From NCBI GenBank assembly GCA_902521355.1, contig CABYRT010000001.1:57800-121799 (forward strand): a DNA stretch of 64,000 nt. Direction: 5' to 3'. A model generated the notes under the pieces. That model saw only the letters and a program-made list of their open reading frames with translations. It had not been told where the DNA came from and searched no databases. A program made the translations under genes and the position numbers. The stretch is from an uncultured Pelagibacteraceae bacterium. Its GTDB lineage: Bacteria; Pseudomonadota; Alphaproteobacteria; Pelagibacterales; Pelagibacteraceae. Below are positions 31,181 to 42,134 of the stretch, one piece after another. The first letter of the stretch is position 1. Every line of letters begins with the position of its first letter.

Positions 31181-33946
31181 ATGGGTAAAATTAAAAAAAC
31201 AGATCATTTCTATCTTATTGATGGGTCCGGATACATATTTAGAGCCTATTATGCATTACCACCATTAACACGAAAAAGTGATGGTTTGCCAGTAGGAGCA
31301 GTAAGTGGATTTTGTAACATGCTGTTTAAATTATTAGAGGACTCTAAATCTAGCGAAAATTTAGAAAAACCAACTCATTTTGCGGTAATCTTTGACTCTG
31401 CAAGAAAGAATTTTCGAAACGAAATTTATTCAGATTATAAAGGAAATAGGTCTGATGCTCCCGATGATCTAATTCCACAATTCGATTATATTAGAAAGTC
31501 AGTATTAGCATTCAATTTACCCTCTATAGAAATGTTAAATTACGAGGCTGATGATTTGATAGCCACCTATGTAGAGCAAATATTAGATGAAGGTGCAAAG
31601 GTTACGATTGTATCATCTGACAAAGATTTAATGCAACTTTTCAAAAAAAAGGTTCGTATATACGATCCAATGAAGAATAAATTTATATCTAATGACGATG
31701 TAATCAATAAATTTGGGGTTGGTCCGGATAAAGTAATTGATGTTCAATCACTAGCAGGAGATAGTACAGACAATGTACCTGGCGTTCCAGGTATTGGTGT
31801 AAAAACAGCAGCAGAATTAATTAAGGAATATGGAAATTTAGAAAACCTTCTCAAAAATGCAAATAAAATAAAACAGAATAAAAGAAGAGAAACACTTTTA
31901 GAAAATAAAGATAAGGCTCTGGTAAGTAAAAAACTGGTCACATTAAAAAATGATGTTCCGGTGAAAGACAAATTAACTGACTTTGTTCTAAAAAAAGTAG
32001 ACGTAGACAAGTTATACAATTTTTTGAGAGAAATGGAATTTAATAGGTTATTGAGTTCGGCAATTTCGACGTATGGTCAATCCAAATTTAGTGATGAAAT
32101 AGAAGTCAAAAAAGAAACATCTAAAATATCAAAAGATAAATATGTTTTGATAAAAAATTTATCTGAAATAAAAGATTGGATGCAAGAAGCCGAAGAGGCT
32201 GGTGAATTTTCTATTGATACTGAAACAGATTCTCTTGACCCACATCAGGCAAATTTAGTTGGTATCTCAATTTCTAGCAAAATAGGTAAAGCTTGTTACA
32301 TTCCAACAGGTCATATTGATAAAAATAACCTAAATGAAAAAGATGTTTTGAGAATTTTAAAACCATATTTAGAGGATAAAAGTTTAAAAAAAATTGGGCA
32401 AAATATTAAATTTGATTACATAATATTTCGTAAAAGGGATATAGATATTCAAAGCATGGAAGATACAATGTTGATGTCATACGTTTTAGATGCTGGGAAA
32501 AATAGACATAATATGGATACCCTTTCAGATATTCATCTTGGTCACAAAACAATTAAATATAAAGATCTTGTTGGATCTGGAAAAAAAGAAATTAAATTCA
32601 GTCAAGTAGAGTTAAATATTGCAAAAGATTATGCGGCAGAAGATGCTGATATAACTTACCGTTTATATAAAATATTTTTGAAATCGCTTAAATCTGAAAA
32701 ATTACTTAATATTTATGAAATTTTCGAAAAACCTTTAATTAAAATTTTAGCATCAATGGAAATCAATGGCATAAAATTGGATAATAATTTTCTTAAAAAA
32801 TTATCTGTTAAGTTTGAAAAAAAACTTCATGATTTAGAAAAAAAAATTTTTAAAATTTCAAAAAAAAAATTTAATATTGCATCGACTAAACAGTTGGGTG
32901 AAATAATGTATAATGACCTCAAAATTGCATCGCTAAAAAAGACAAAAAAAGGGAGTTTTGCAACTGGTGCAGCAGTTCTAGAGGATTTAGCTTACAAAGG
33001 GAATGAATTCCCTAAACTGGTTTTAGAATGGAGGCAATCTAGTAAATTGAAAAATACATATTCAGATTCTTTGCCAGAGCATTTAAATCCCAATACAAAA
33101 AGAGTGCATACATCTTTTCTGTTAGCAGCTACTACAACAGGTAGACTTGCATCTAGTGATCCAAATTTACAAAATATTCCTATTAAAACTGAGGAGGGCA
33201 AAGATATCCGTAAAGCCTTCATATCAGAAAAAAATAAAAAACTTATATCAGCAGACTATAATCAGATCGAAATGAGAATTTTGGCTGATCTAGCTGATGT
33301 AAAAGAACTAAAAAAAGCTTTTAAAAATAATGAGGATATTCACTCATTAACCGCTAGCCAGGTTTTCAGTGTAGACATAAAAAAAATTGATGCTGATATG
33401 AGGAGAAAAGCGAAAGCTATTAATTTTGGAATAATTTATGGAATATCTCAATATGGTTTGGCCAAACAAATTGGTGTATCAAACAATGAAGCCGAAGAAT
33501 TTCTAAATTCATATTTTATTAAATTTCCAGAAATTAAAGAATACATGAATAACACAATTAAATTCTGTAGAAAAAGTGGATATGTAAGAAATATTTTTGG
33601 TCGAAAAACTCATATTCCAGGAATCAATGACAAAAATTTTAATGTTAGAAATTTTCAAGAAAGGGCAGCTATAAATGCACCTATCCAAGGATCTGCATCA
33701 GAAATAATGCGACTTGCTATGATTAGAATCAACGATGAGCTTGATACTAAAAAAGCAAATGAATTTAATATGTTGCTTCAAATTCACGATGAATTGATTT
33801 TTGAGGTAATTGATAATGGTACTAAATCTGCTTCTAAAAAGATTAAAGATATTATGACAAGTGTGAAAGATAGTGATTTGCATTCATTTTCAATACCATT
33901 ATCGGTAGATGTAAACATAGGTGATAACTGGGGAGAGCTTCATTAA
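31181..33946 (+). CDS. polA: DNA polymerase I
   Basis: 5'-3' exonuclease (LIDGS, EADD), 3'-5' exonuclease (DTET, YAAED), polymerase motifs (DYNQIE, KAINFGIIYG, QIHDEL). Confidence 0.99.
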   Translation: MGKIKKTDHFYLIDGSGYIFRAYYALPPLTRKSDGLPVGAVSGFCNMLFKLLEDSKSSENLEKPTHFAVIFDSARKNFRNEIYSDYKGNRSDAPDDLIPQFDYIRKSVLAFNLPSIEMLNYEADDLIATYVEQILDEGAKVTIVSSDKDLMQLFKKKVRIYDPMKNKFISNDDVINKFGVGPDKVIDVQSLAGDSTDNVPGVPGIGVKTAAELIKEYGNLENLLKNANKIKQNKRRETLLENKDKALVSKKLVTLKNDVPVKDKLTDFVLKKVDVDKLYNFLREMEFNRLLSSAISTYGQSKFSDEIEVKKETSKISKDKYVLIKNLSEIKDWMQEAEEAGEFSIDTETDSLDPHQANLVGISISSKIGKACYIPTGHIDKNNLNEKDVLRILKPYLEDKSLKKIGQNIKFDYIIFRKRDIDIQSMEDTMLMSYVLDAGKNRHNMDTLSDIHLGHKTIKYKDLVGSGKKEIKFSQVELNIAKDYAAEDADITYRLYKIFLKSLKSEKLLNIYEIFEKPLIKILASMEINGIKLDNNFLKKLSVKFEKKLHDLEKKIFKISKKKFNIASTKQLGEIMYNDLKIASLKKTKKGSFATGAAVLEDLAYKGNEFPKLVLEWRQSSKLKNTYSDSLPEHLNPNTKRVHTSFLLAATTTGRLASSDPNLQNIPIKTEEGKDIRKAFISEKNKKLISADYNQIEMRILADLADVKELKKAFKNNEDIHSLTASQVFSVDIKKIDADMRRKAKAINFGIIYGISQYGLAKQIGVSNNEAEEFLNSYFIKFPEIKEYMNNTIKFCRKSGYVRNIFGRKTHIPGINDKNFNVRNFQERAAINAPIQGSASEIMRLAMIRINDELDTKKANEFNMLLQIHDELIFEVIDNGTKSASKKIKDIMTSVKDSDLHSFSIPLSVDVNIGDNWGELH

Positions 33947-33997
33947 TAAACATTTAATTGCCCAATTTTAAACATTTTAGTATTTTTATAGTTAAAC

Positions 33998-34696
33998 ATG
34001 AAACAAACAATTGCCCTTGTTGATGATGATAGAAATATATTAACTAGTTTAAGTATTGCTCTAGAGAAAGAGGGTTTTAATATTCAAACTTATTTGGATG
34101 GAGAAAGTGCCTTAATAGGTTTGTCAAGAAATCCCCCAGATCTCGCAGTCATAGATATTAAAATGCCAAGAATGGATGGAGAAGAATTGTTAAAAAAATT
34201 GAGAAAAAAAACATCTATGCCTGTTATCTTTTTAACTTCAAAAGATGAAGAGGTGGATGAGCTCTTAGGACTAAAACTAGGGGCTGATGATTTTGTAAAA
34301 AAATCAGGTGGCTTTTCAACTAAAGTTCTTATTGAAAGAATTCGTGTCCAACTTAGAAAAAAAGATAATAATTTAGAGGATAATAGAAATATAATTTCAC
34401 ATGGAAAATTAAAACTTGACCCTTCACAGCTAGAGTGTGAATGGGATGGCAAGCAATTACCAGATAAATTAACAACAACAGAATTCTTAATTGTAAAGGA
34501 ATTAGCAAAAAGACCTGGAATTATTAAAGAAAGATCTCAATTAATGGATGTTGCTTACAGAGAAGATACAGATATTGAAGATAGAACAATAGATAGTCAC
34601 GTAAAAAGGATTAGAAAAAAGTTTAAAAAAGTAGATAATAACTTTTCAGCGATAGAAACCAGATATGGCAGTGGTTATCGTTGGAATGTTAAATAA
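33998..34696 (+). CDS. chvI: Response regulator ChvI
   Basis: IALVDDDRNILTS, DIKMPRMDG, DRTIDSHVKR. Confidence 0.92.
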   Translation: MKQTIALVDDDRNILTSLSIALEKEGFNIQTYLDGESALIGLSRNPPDLAVIDIKMPRMDGEELLKKLRKKTSMPVIFLTSKDEEVDELLGLKLGADDFVKKSGGFSTKVLIERIRVQLRKKDNNLEDNRNIISHGKLKLDPSQLECEWDGKQLPDKLTTTEFLIVKELAKRPGIIKERSQLMDVAYREDTDIEDRTIDSHVKRIRKKFKKVDNNFSAIETRYGSGYRWNVK

Positions 34697-36228
34697 TGGC
34701 TACTTCAAAATATAATAATCAATCTATTTTAAAAAAATTCTTAGTTATCAACTTTATTGTTTTTTTAGTGATAGGTGTATTAACATTATTTTACCTTAAC
34801 ACAGTAAAACCTACGCTCATAAAAAATAAAACTGCCTCGCACATAAAAATTATTGATAATACAACAGAAAATATTGATCGTTTAAAAATAAGTTTTTCAT
34901 CTGAAGATATTAGAGAGTTTCTGTTTTCCACTAAATTTTTATTTCAAAGTATAGATAGAGTACAGATATTTGATAGTGAATTTAATCTATTAGGAGATAC
35001 CGACACATTAGACTTAGATCCAAATGCTTTCTCAAGAAGTCTAAACATAATTGAAATGAGTGACTTGAATAATCAAAGTATTCAAAATAAGAATTTGGAA
35101 GAGAGCAATAAAAGCTTTGAAAGTAAAGAAATATTTGAAGATTTAAAAAAGTACTCATATTCATCAGATTATGGAAAACCGTTAACTTACTCTAAAGAAA
35201 ACTATGATCAATTTTTATTAGTAACTGTTAAAAATGTAGTCAGTGAAAACAAAACAATAGGCTATTTAGCTATTACTGAAAATGCCAATGAGATTAAGGT
35301 TGCAATAGATGAAAGAAGAAATTTTATAATTAGAACTGCTTTGCTTGTTGCATTAGTAATTTTAATTTTTTCATATGTATTAAATAGATACTTCTTAAAA
35401 CCAATAAAAAATTTGGTTCAATATACAAATATTATAAAAAACAAAAGTAAGGAAAAGACCAATATTGGAAATATAAAAAAAAGAAATGACGAATTGGGAA
35501 AATTATCAAATTCTCTTGATGAAATGACTAATGAATTAAACAAAAGAATTACTACAGCAGAAAATTATTCAACAGATCTTTTGCATGAAATCAGAAATCC
35601 ATTAGCATCTTTAAAAAGTGCCTCTGAGATAATTTCTGAAACAAATGATAAATCTCAAAGAAACAAATTAATTAAAATAGTATCACATGACGTAGAGAGA
35701 ATTGAAAGATTAATAACTGATTACTCTCAAATGCTAAGAGACGAGGCTGCAATTTCCTCTGAGAAAATGCAAAAATTAAATTTAAAAGAGATTGCTCAAT
35801 CTGTTGTTGACGATTTTAACAGTATCTATGAAACAAAAAAATCGATTGGAATTAAATTGAAATCTAACGGAATTAAAAATTATAGTATCTTAGGGATAGA
35901 AAATAGAATTGAACAAATCATTGCAAACTTATTAGAAAACTCAATTTCTTTTAGTGAAAATAATCAAGAAATTACCGTTGAAATATCAAAAGATAAAAAT
36001 GACAAAATTAAATTAGTTGTCGTTGATCAGGGATCTGGATTTAGTGAAAAGGATACAAATAAGATATTTAATAGATTTTATAGTAATAGACCTGAAAACT
36101 TTGGAGAACATTCGGGTTTGGGATTAAATATTGTCAAAAATTTAGTCGAAATTCATGGTGGTGAAATCAACGCATCTAATAATAAAGATAAAGGGGCAAG
36201 AATTGAAATAATTTTCCCAGAAGCATAA
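34696..36228 (+). CDS. chvG: Sensor histidine kinase ChvG
   Basis: Two TM segments, HAMP, HEIRNPL, RFYSNRP, HSGLGL; coupled to chvI. Confidence 0.9.
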   Translation: MATSKYNNQSILKKFLVINFIVFLVIGVLTLFYLNTVKPTLIKNKTASHIKIIDNTTENIDRLKISFSSEDIREFLFSTKFLFQSIDRVQIFDSEFNLLGDTDTLDLDPNAFSRSLNIIEMSDLNNQSIQNKNLEESNKSFESKEIFEDLKKYSYSSDYGKPLTYSKENYDQFLLVTVKNVVSENKTIGYLAITENANEIKVAIDERRNFIIRTALLVALVILIFSYVLNRYFLKPIKNLVQYTNIIKNKSKEKTNIGNIKKRNDELGKLSNSLDEMTNELNKRITTAENYSTDLLHEIRNPLASLKSASEIISETNDKSQRNKLIKIVSHDVERIERLITDYSQMLRDEAAISSEKMQKLNLKEIAQSVVDDFNSIYETKKSIGIKLKSNGIKNYSILGIENRIEQIIANLLENSISFSENNQEITVEISKDKNDKIKLVVVDQGSGFSEKDTNKIFNRFYSNRPENFGEHSGLGLNIVKNLVEIHGGEINASNNKDKGARIEIIFPEA

Positions 36229-36272
36229 ATCTTTGTTGATATATTAAATGAAATTGTTAAAAGCCTCTTTCT

Positions 36273-37559
36273 ATGGAAGATTTTAAAGTAAAAGATATAT
36301 CCCAAGCGGAATTTGGAAGAAAAGAAATTTCACTGGCTGAAACTGAAATGCCAGGATTAATGGCTCTTAGAGAAGAATATAAGGGTAAAAAACCTTTAAA
36401 TGGAGCTCGGATTGTTGGTTGTTTACACATGACAATACAAACAGCTGTCTTAATAGAAACTTTAGTTGAGTTAGGAGCCGAAGTAAGATGGTCCTCATGT
36501 AATATTTTTTCGACACAAGACCATGCAGCAGCAGCAATTGCAAAAGTTGGCATTCCTGTATTTGCTTGGAAAGGCGAAACAGAAGAAGAATATTGGTGGT
36601 GTGTAAAGCAAACTATTGAAGGAAAAGATGGCTGGAAACCAAATATGATACTTGATGATGGTGGCGATCTTACAGCATTGATGCACAAAGATTATAAAGA
36701 ATTATTAAATGATGTTAAAGGTTTATCAGAAGAGACAACTACAGGAGTTTTAGCATTAAAAAAAATGGAAAGTGAAGGCAATTTACTTGTCCCAGCAATA
36801 AATGTTAATGACTCAGTAACAAAATCTAAGTTCGACAATTTATATGGTTGCAGAGAAAGTTTAGTTGATGGAATTAAAAGAGCCACTGACGTCATGATGT
36901 CAGGTAAGGTAGCTATTGTAGCTGGATTTGGAGATGTTGGAAAGGGAAGCGCTGCTTCTCTTCGTCAAAGCGGTGCAAGAGTTATGGTTACAGAAACAGA
37001 TCCAATTTGTGCTCTCCAAGCTGCAATGGAAGGTTATGAAGTAGTCTTAATGGATGAGATGATAAAAGAAGCCGACATTGTTGTTACTGCAACAGGAAAT
37101 AAAGATATTGTGACAGCTGACCATATGAGAGAAATGAAAGATAGAGCAATCCTATGCAATATTGGTCACTTTGATAATGAAATCCAAGTAGATGCTCTTA
37201 AAAATTATAAATGGGATGAAATAAAACCACAAGTTCACGAAATTACATTGCCAGATGGAAAAAGAATTATTTTATTAGCAGAAGGTAGATTGGTTAATCT
37301 TGGATGTGCAACAGGACACCCTAGTTTTGTAATGAGTGCTTCTTTTACAAATCAAGTAACAGCTCAGATAGAATTATGGAATAACTCAGATAAATATGAG
37401 AAAAAAGTATATGTTTTACCTAAACATTTAGATGAGAAAGTAGCCAGACTTCATTTAGAAAAAGTTGGAGCTAAATTAACCAAATTATCAGATGATCAAG
37501 CAAAATATATAAGCGTAACACCAGAAGGACCTTATAAACCAGATGCCTATCGCTACTAA
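36273..37559 (+). CDS. ahcY: S-adenosylhomocysteine hydrolase
   Basis: [29 protein letters not shown]. Confidence 0.98.
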   Translation: MEDFKVKDISQAEFGRKEISLAETEMPGLMALREEYKGKKPLNGARIVGCLHMTIQTAVLIETLVELGAEVRWSSCNIFSTQDHAAAAIAKVGIPVFAWKGETEEEYWWCVKQTIEGKDGWKPNMILDDGGDLTALMHKDYKELLNDVKGLSEETTTGVLALKKMESEGNLLVPAINVNDSVTKSKFDNLYGCRESLVDGIKRATDVMMSGKVAIVAGFGDVGKGSAASLRQSGARVMVTETDPICALQAAMEGYEVVLMDEMIKEADIVVTATGNKDIVTADHMREMKDRAILCNIGHFDNEIQVDALKNYKWDEIKPQVHEITLPDGKRIILLAEGRLVNLGCATGHPSFVMSASFTNQVTAQIELWNNSDKYEKKVYVLPKHLDEKVARLHLEKVGAKLTKLSDDQAKYISVTPEGPYKPDAYRY

Positions 37560-38025
37560 AAGTAGCAAAATAGATATTTCAAAAGAAATTATCACACAAA
37601 AAATTGCTGAAAAAATTGCAAGTAAAGTTAGTAAAAATACAACTTTGCTTTTTTATGGAAATATCGGAGTAGGTAAGACTACATTTATCAGGTATCTAAT
37701 CAATTATCTTCAAACAAAAAATGGTTTAGAAAGAACAGAAATACCTAGTCCAACTTTTAATATTATAAATGAATATGAGATTAATTCCTTGATTGTTAGA
37801 CATTTTGATCTTTACAGGATTAAAGATAAAAAAGATTTAAATAATTTAGGAATTAATGAAAATCTAGAGGATTATGCTAGACTAATTGAATGGCCTGAAA
37901 TCTTAGGTAAAAATATAGAAAGTACTTTTACATTAAAGTTTGAATATGATGAAAAGCTTGAAAATAGGTACTTAATTATATCTAATAATATTGATTTTGA
38001 TTTTAATGAATTTGAAAAAATTTAA
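37543..38025 (+). CDS. tsaE: tRNA threonylcarbamoyladenosine biosynthesis ATPase
   Basis: [23 protein letters not shown]. Confidence 0.93.
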   Translation: MPIATKSSKIDISKEIITQKIAEKIASKVSKNTTLLFYGNIGVGKTTFIRYLINYLQTKNGLERTEIPSPTFNIINEYEINSLIVRHFDLYRIKDKKDLNNLGINENLEDYARLIEWPEILGKNIESTFTLKFEYDEKLENRYLIISNNIDFDFNEFEKI

Positions 38026-38938
38026 AAAGTTATCAGGAGATGCATCTTTTAGACAATTTTATAGAACAAACAATTCAGTATTAGTTTATAGCAAAATTCA
38101 AAAGCGATCAAACTTGTTAAATTATGACGCTGTTAACAAAATATTGATTAAAAATAAAATATTAGCACCAGATTTAATTAGTCAAAATTATAAAAAAAAT
38201 TTTATAGAAATTGAGGATTTTGGCAATAAAAACATGTTGAATAAAATTAAATCTTCAAAAACTAAATTAAATGAATACAAAAAAATACTAAAAATTTTAT
38301 ATCAAATTCAAAAAATTAAAAATTTTAAAACTCAAAATTTTCTTAAAAAAAAATTTAATTTATCAAACTATTCAAAAGCTAAAATACTTAAAGAGTCATA
38401 CCTTTTTTTGGATTGGTACTTAGCAGCAAATAAATTAATTATTCAAAAAGGACATTTAAAAAAAAATCTCAAAAAAATAATAGATAATTTGTATTTAAAT
38501 TTAAAAATCAAACAGAAAGTATTTGTACATAGAGATTTTCACGTCTCAAACATGATGTTTTATAAAAATAAAATCGCTTTAATAGATAGTCAAGATGCTG
38601 TCTTGGGTAATCCAGCATATGATTTGGCCTCGCTTATAGATGATGTAAGAATTAAAACTTCAAATAGTTTTAAGTCAAATATTTTAAAAATATTTCTTAG
38701 TAAATTTAAGTATAAAAATGAATCTCAATTTATTAATGATTTTGAAATTTTATCTGTTTTAAGAAATCTAAAAATAATTGGTATATTCACAAGACTTGCA
38801 AAAAGAGATAAAAAAAGAAAATATCTAAAATTAATACCTTACGCTTGGAAATTAATCGATAATCGTATCAAAAATAATACAAATTTTCATGATTTAAAAA
38901 ATTTTCTACAAAAAAACCCAAGAATAAAAAAAATATGA
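38006..38938 (+). CDS. amgK: MurNAc/GlcNAc anomeric kinase (APH family)
   Basis: GDASFRQFYR, EDFG, HRDFH..N, IDSQDA, RNLKIIGIF; lies between tsaE and murU. Confidence 0.82.
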   Translation: MNLKKFKKLSGDASFRQFYRTNNSVLVYSKIQKRSNLLNYDAVNKILIKNKILAPDLISQNYKKNFIEIEDFGNKNMLNKIKSSKTKLNEYKKILKILYQIQKIKNFKTQNFLKKKFNLSNYSKAKILKESYLFLDWYLAANKLIIQKGHLKKNLKKIIDNLYLNLKIKQKVFVHRDFHVSNMMFYKNKIALIDSQDAVLGNPAYDLASLIDDVRIKTSNSFKSNILKIFLSKFKYKNESQFINDFEILSVLRNLKIIGIFTRLAKRDKKRKYLKLIPYAWKLIDNRIKNNTNFHDLKNFLQKNPRIKKI

Positions 38939-39627
38939 GAGTTAAAACAGCAATAATTTTATGTGCAGGATTTGGAAAAAGATTAATGCCATTAACTGAG
39001 AAAACCCCAAAACCACTCTTAAAAATCAATGATACTAGCTTATTAGAAAATACTATAAATTTGATAAAAGTATTAGAAATAAAATCTTTAAAAATTAATA
39101 CTTTTTATTTAAGTGAGAAAATTAAAGATTTTATATTTTCAAATAATTTTGGTTTAGAAATTCAAATCATAGAAGATGGTACTGAAATATTAGATACAGG
39201 GGGCGGTCTTTTAAATGTTGTAAATAACTCAGTTGAAACAGATTTTATAGTTTTTAATCCTGATACAATTTGGAACACTGAATATGCAAATGAAATTAAG
39301 CTAATGGAAAATATATATTTTAAAAATAACTTAGAAAATATTTTAATGGTTGTAAAAAAAGATTTAAGTTTTGATAAAAGACTTAAAGGCAATTTTTCTC
39401 TTGCTGGTAATAATTTAAATAAAAATAATGATAAAAATTATATTTATACGGGATGTCAAATTATAAATAAAAATATTTTAAAAAATTTATCAAAAAAAAT
39501 ATTCTCAATGAATGAGATTTGGGACAACCACATTGAAAAGGAAAGTTTGCATGGTTTCGAAAGTAATATTGAATTTCTACATTTGACAGATAAAGAGATT
39601 TACGAAAAACTTTTGCAAAAAGGTTAG
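38935..39627 (+). CDS. murU: MurNAc-alpha-1-phosphate uridylyltransferase
   Basis: AGFGKRLMPLT..PKPL, LDTGGG; adjacent to amgK. Confidence 0.8.
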   Translation: MRVKTAIILCAGFGKRLMPLTEKTPKPLLKINDTSLLENTINLIKVLEIKSLKINTFYLSEKIKDFIFSNNFGLEIQIIEDGTEILDTGGGLLNVVNNSVETDFIVFNPDTIWNTEYANEIKLMENIYFKNNLENILMVVKKDLSFDKRLKGNFSLAGNNLNKNNDKNYIYTGCQIINKNILKNLSKKIFSMNEIWDNHIEKESLHGFESNIEFLHLTDKEIYEKLLQKG

Positions 39628-40334
39628 AATTTAATTAAATCTCTAGATCTACTCTGATCGAGGTATTTAGCTTCTTTTATATTCTTTTTTTCAAATTTCA
39701 AAAGCAGAGGATTTCCGGTTGGTATTTCAAGTTTGGAAATTTCATTGTCATCAATTTTAAATAAATATTTTAAAAGCGATCTAATAGAATTTCCATGAGC
39801 AGATATAATTGTGTTATCGTGTAAATTTTTCTCTATGTTTTTAACGAAATAGGGCACAACTCTATCATAAGTATCTTTTAAGGACTCTGTATCTGGAATT
39901 AAGTTACGAGGTATATCATTATAAATACTTATATTTTTTGGATGATATGGACTATTTGTGTTCAATGGTTTCGGCGGATTATCCCAAGATCTTCTGAATT
40001 TGTGAACTTCTTCTTCTCCTAGTTTTTTTCTCATTTCATTTTTATTTAATCCTGTAAGTGACCCGTAGTGCCTTTCATTTAATTGCCAGGCCTTAATTAT
40101 ATTATTTGGTTTTACTCTGATAGTATTTAAAATGAGCTTCAAGGTATCAATCGATCTTAGTTGATATGAAGTATAAAAATGTTTTATTTCTAAATTTAAT
40201 TTTTTTATAAACTCTCCAGCTTTACAGGCTTCTAATTTACCTTGAGGTGCGAGCTCAACGTCGACCCATCCTGTAAATTTATTTTCTACATTCCATTCGC
40301 TTTGACCATGTCTAACAAGTATTAAGTGACTCAT
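39624..40334 (-). CDS. gpmA: 2,3-bisphosphoglycerate-dependent phosphoglycerate mutase
   Basis: RHGQSEWN, LNERHYG, AHGNS. Confidence 0.95.
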   Translation of the reverse strand: MSHLILVRHGQSEWNVENKFTGWVDVELAPQGKLEACKAGEFIKKLNLEIKHFYTSYQLRSIDTLKLILNTIRVKPNNIIKAWQLNERHYGSLTGLNKNEMRKKLGEEEVHKFRRSWDNPPKPLNTNSPYHPKNISIYNDIPRNLIPDTESLKDTYDRVVPYFVKNIEKNLHDNTIISAHGNSIRSLLKYLFKIDDNEISKLEIPTGNPLLLKFEKKNIKEAKYLDQSRSRDLIKF

Positions 40335-40360
40335 TTGTGAAAATTTAATATAGATTAACT

Positions 40361-40732
40361 ATGAATTACTTAAAGCAGTTTTTTTATCTGTCTAACGTAG
40401 TTTTATTTATTTTTTACTTATATCCCGGTAGTATTTTTGGATGTTTTATTTATAGTGATTGTAAAATTCAACCACAATTAACAAGAGATTTTTTAGTATC
40501 TTCAAATCATGTTTATGTTTTCTTTATTATATCAATTCTAGGATTAATTATTTTTAAACATAAATTAAAAAATATATTTATTTATCTTATTTGTATTTCT
40601 ATTGTTTTAGAAATTCTGCACTTAATAATTCCAGAAAGAGGATTTGAATTAGGTGATTTGTTTGGTAATATAATAGGTGTATTTATATCGTTTTTAGTTT
40701 TTAAAATAATTTATAAAGGTAGATTGCAATGA
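40361..40732 (+). CDS. VanZ-like small membrane protein
   Basis: Hydrophobic; LEILHLIIPERGFELGDLFGN. Confidence 0.65.
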   Translation: MNYLKQFFYLSNVVLFIFYLYPGSIFGCFIYSDCKIQPQLTRDFLVSSNHVYVFFIISILGLIIFKHKLKNIFIYLICISIVLEILHLIIPERGFELGDLFGNIIGVFISFLVFKIIYKGRLQ

Positions 40733-41037
40733 GTTCATTCGATGAAAGAAAAAAAGGTTTTGAAAAAAAATTTGCTCATGATGAGGAAAAACAATTTAAA
40801 ATTAATGCAAGAAAAAATAAATATTTAGGAGAGTGGGCCTCACAAATTCTTGGATATGATGAGGAAAAAAAAAATCAATATATTCAAGATGTAATTAAAG
40901 CAGATTTTGCTGAGGCAGGCGATGAAGATGTGTATAGAAAGCTTTATGAAGATTTAAAAGATAAAAATATATCCGAAGATCAAATTAGAAAAAAAATGCA
41001 AGAATGCAATGAAAAAGCAACTACTGAAGTTAGCTAG
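40729..41037 (+). CDS. DUF1476 protein = F1Fo-ATPase inhibitor zeta subunit homolog
   Basis: MSSFDERKKGFEKKFAHDEE..FKINARKNK.LGEWA matches the Paracoccus zeta inhibitory N-terminus. Confidence 0.88.
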   Translation: MSSFDERKKGFEKKFAHDEEKQFKINARKNKYLGEWASQILGYDEEKKNQYIQDVIKADFAEAGDEDVYRKLYEDLKDKNISEDQIRKKMQECNEKATTEVS

Positions 41038-41521
41038 TTTTCTATTTTTATTTACATTTGTGGCAACAAATTACTTACTATCAGAAACAATCCTAATTTC
41101 AGATAAGATTAAAATAATTGATGGTGATACAATTTTATTAGATAATAAAAAAATTCGTTTTTCAGGTATAGATGCTCCAGAAACTAAATTTAAAGGGAAG
41201 CAACAGTTTTGCCTAAAAAATAAAAAAAAAATTAATTGTGGAAAAATTTCAAAAAATTCTCTTACAGAAAAAATTATAAATAAAAAATTAAAATGTCTAA
41301 TAGAGCCACAAAAGGACTATTTTGGTAGGTATTTAGGTGAGTGTTTTATCAATAATGAAAGTGTTTCAGCTTACATGGTAAGAAATGGATTAGCCTTCGA
41401 CTATCCAAAATATTCAAAAAAAAAATATTCTAAAGATCAAATTTATGCAAAAAACAATAAGTTAGGTTTATGGAGTATGGAATTTGATTATCCATGGATA
41501 TGGAGAAAAAATAATAGATAA
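41009..41521 (+). CDS. Exported thermonuclease (SNase-like)
   Basis: Signal peptide, IIDGDT, IRFSGIDAPE, DYFGR, AKNNKLGLW. Confidence 0.9.
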   Translation: MKKQLLKLASFLFLFTFVATNYLLSETILISDKIKIIDGDTILLDNKKIRFSGIDAPETKFKGKQQFCLKNKKKINCGKISKNSLTEKIINKKLKCLIEPQKDYFGRYLGECFINNESVSAYMVRNGLAFDYPKYSKKKYSKDQIYAKNNKLGLWSMEFDYPWIWRKNNR

Positions 41522-41534
41522 TTTATATTAAACT

Positions 41535-42134
41535 GTGATTCTTTTTAGAAAGTATTTTTTATTTTTTGGTCTATTATTTTTAACTGCTTGCTCATCGATA
41601 CCACAAAATACAGCAGATGGCTGTTCAATATTTTCTGAGAGATATCTTTGGTATAAACACGCGAAAAAAACTGAAAAAAAGTGGGGAACACCAATCAACT
41701 TACAATTAGCAATAATAAAAATGGAATCTGATTTTGACTGGCTCGCTAAGCCTGCACGTCAAAAATTATTTAAAGTTATACCTTATAAAAGACCTTCTAG
41801 TTCATTTGGATACTCACAAGCTATTAAAGGTACTTGGAAACAATATAAAGATGAGACTGGAAATAAATATGCTTTAAGATCTAGATTTAAAGATAGTGTT
41901 GATTTTATTGGCTGGTATACAAACAAAACGGAAAAAATTTTAAAGGTTTCAAAAAAAGATGCTTTCAGACAATATATTGCTTATCATGAAGGCTGGGGAA
42001 ATTATAAAAATTATAAAAACAATCAGAAAGTTATAGTATTGGCAAAAAAAGTAGAGGGTTATTCAAATAAATTCAAGAAGCAGCTTAATAAATGTCGTAA
42101 ATCTTTGACTACTAGAAAATATATTATTTTTTAA
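41535..42134 (+). CDS. Lipoprotein with lytic transglycosylase (SLT-like) domain
   Basis: Lipobox LTAC; MESDF, GYSQA, AYHEG motifs. Confidence 0.8.
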   Translation: MILFRKYFLFFGLLFLTACSSIPQNTADGCSIFSERYLWYKHAKKTEKKWGTPINLQLAIIKMESDFDWLAKPARQKLFKVIPYKRPSSSFGYSQAIKGTWKQYKDETGNKYALRSRFKDSVDFIGWYTNKTEKILKVSKKDAFRQYIAYHEGWGNYKNYKNNQKVIVLAKKVEGYSNKFKKQLNKCRKSLTTRKYIIF

